From the NCBI RefSeq assembly GCF_039654945.1, contig NW_027361864.1, positions 3,534,001-3,598,000 of the forward strand: a stretch of DNA of 64,000 bases, in the 5' to 3' direction. This DNA comes from Dendrobates tinctorius. Its lineage: Eukaryota. This document shows, piece by piece, positions 61,940 to 64,000 of the stretch (positions are counted from its first letter, which is position 1; every line of letters begins with the position of its first letter). A program made the position numbers and the translations under genes. The notes under the pieces are model-generated. The model saw only the letters and a list, made by a program, of their open reading frames with translations. It had not been told where the DNA came from and did not search any database.

Positions 61940-64000
61940 GAGACTGGACACCAATGTGAGGACTATGCAGGTCTGCCTCACCCCCAAAAAAGTCATCACA
62001 GATTGTGCCAATTCCCCTGCACCCCAAAACTGCACCTTTGCTCTGTCTTGAACCTCACTCATTGACACCACCACCACCATCGCCCCCCTATTATCTCACC
62101 AATGAGTCACCAATACCCCCACCAAGATTGAAATTCCTACTCCACAACACCCCCATGTGTGATTATAGAATACTGCCCTGCACCCCTAGAATATACCGCT
62201 ATGACACGCTACTATTGCCTTTGCCCCCTAAGTTCACACACTTCCACCAGCCCCCCATCTTAGTTACTTGATCCGTGCTGCACCCCCATATACACTAGAT
62301 CCCACCTTTTACACGTGTTCCTTCCACTCACCCGTTTTACCCATCGTTTTTTTTTATTCCCATATTCTTCCAGCACCCCTCCTGACACCCCCCATACACA
62401 GAGTTCTTACCTGCACCCCATTAATTCTATGCCTAGTCTATAGCACCCTGCCCCATTAACATGCTGTTTGTCACACTTTGCCCATATTTACCTACTCCCC
62501 CAATACACAGCGCCCCCTTCAGGTGACACAAAGAGACTATTTCTAATATGTACAATTAACCCTTCACCCAACTCCCTAAAATTTCCCACCACTCTCATTA
62601 CACCCAGCACCCCAGTCTGCAGAGTTCTTGTCCGGGTCTCTCATGTTCAGATATTATTTTATTTTTTTGATAATTTCTATTTTTTTATCAAAAAATGTTT
62701 TTGCAATCAGATTTGTTAAAAAAAAAAAAAAAATTGTGTCCAACAGTGGAGCAGCAGCGCCTTCACCTGTATAATGGGACTAGCCTGGCGTCGCTGCCCT
62801 CCATTGTCTTTTTTAATGTTGTGGTGTCACTTTTACTTGTCTATGTCCGAGACAGCCATGGCGGATAAAACATGGAACACCGCACCGTGGGCTTCTAAAG
62901 CAACGGGCGAGGGCCGACCAAACAGTCTTTATAGTCGGAAATGATTACCTAATTATATACAGCACATGAGTTACAGGTTGTTGCTGGAAACAGTCAGCAA
63001 GCCTGCCGCTAGCCGTCACCCTGACAGCAGAGCTGGAGGAGACTATTTTTTTTTTAATTTTCTCTACATCACATTATTGTACAAAGATTGGTGAGAAGAT
63101 GACGCTCCCCAGAACACAAACAAGCTGAGGGATTTCAGCTCTGAAGCCTAAAGAATTGTGAATGCAGCTCTGTTCTAGAATGCAGGCTGTCATTTTAAAA
63201 TAGAAACTCCATTTATAGTTTTTAGATAGAGTAATTCTGTATGTGAATGGCCAAATGTTGCCCCTCTGCCATAATGTTTTGCTTTTGGGGGAGGGGTTGA
63301 TAAAAATTCAGTTTCGGACCCCAATTTGTTTGTGACCCATTTTCATGAGAAAATTGTACATCCGCCGTTCTGTCGCTTTTGCGGTATGTTTTGTGCATTT
63401 ATCCGTATTGTATGTGCCTTTGTGAGGTTTGTCGCCATCAGATGTCACGACTGCCAAAATAATTTTATTTATTCTAATTTATTTGTAGTTTTATTTATTA
63501 AAAAGATCCAAAGGGTTTTTTTTTGCCTTTCTCATTTACAAATTATTTCACCAATTTATATAGGATATGACCCAAATCTATCATCCTCTTTACACACTTT
63601 AAAAAAAAAAAAAAAAAAATCAAATAATGTGATTACTCCTTTTTATGTAAGAAGTTGTCACGATCTAATGTGAAAAATTATGTAATCTTACGAGAAAAAA
63701 AATCCTTATAGGATTTAGCCACCATTTCTTTCTTTCTGTCACCAGGTCAAAAGTGGTAATTTATTTGTTTTTTTTTTTTTTTTTTTATTCCCGCTGTTCC
63801 CCTGAATATTCCGATTTTTATTTTTTTTTAATCTGCCATCCGGTTCCAGAGATATGGGCCTTTTTAATTTGTGCTACTTTTTACGATCTTTACTAAGGGG
63901 GTGTGGCTCACAGGATTCTTTAGGGGCGTGTGTTCACGCTGTCCTACATAGCTGCCCTGTGAACCACACCCCTTTTGTAAAGCGTCTAAAAATTAGCCCC

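Overview
Eukaryotic, intron-containing, repeat-dense DNA, most likely from a frog (inferred from the repeat families and gene content; the species cannot be determined). There are two + strand genes. (1) dnajb5, a class II Hsp40: a CRE/CCAAT-rich promoter at about 16.5-16.9 kb, a non-coding exon 1, and coding exons 28067-28277, 29736-30328 and 39855-40088 (345 aa). (2) A three-exon single-pass membrane protein gene (58022-58654, 61398-61593, 61767-61939; about 333 aa) that looks like huluwa (hwa), the maternal dorsal-axis determinant, with a PPNTP motif and a GCAC-rich 3' region. The rest is layered mobile DNA: a full-length Tf1/sushi-type chromovirus with a tRNA-independent self-priming signature and a PEG10-like -1 frameshift signal, nested in a dead Tc1; a near-intact Tc1; a pol-less tRNA-Ser-primed LTR element; solo LTRs; a Rex1/Babar LINE; V-SINE-like SINEs; hAT, Harbinger and Kolobok MITEs; and many minisatellites. 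The least expected signal is a set of hammerhead-ribozyme motifs. One has an intact core and lies sense-oriented in dnajb5 intron 1. A covarying relative sits inside a terminally redundant ~394-bp unit that also carries an snRNA-type octamer+SPH enhancer, which makes it a candidate frog retrozyme / satellite-2-like system.
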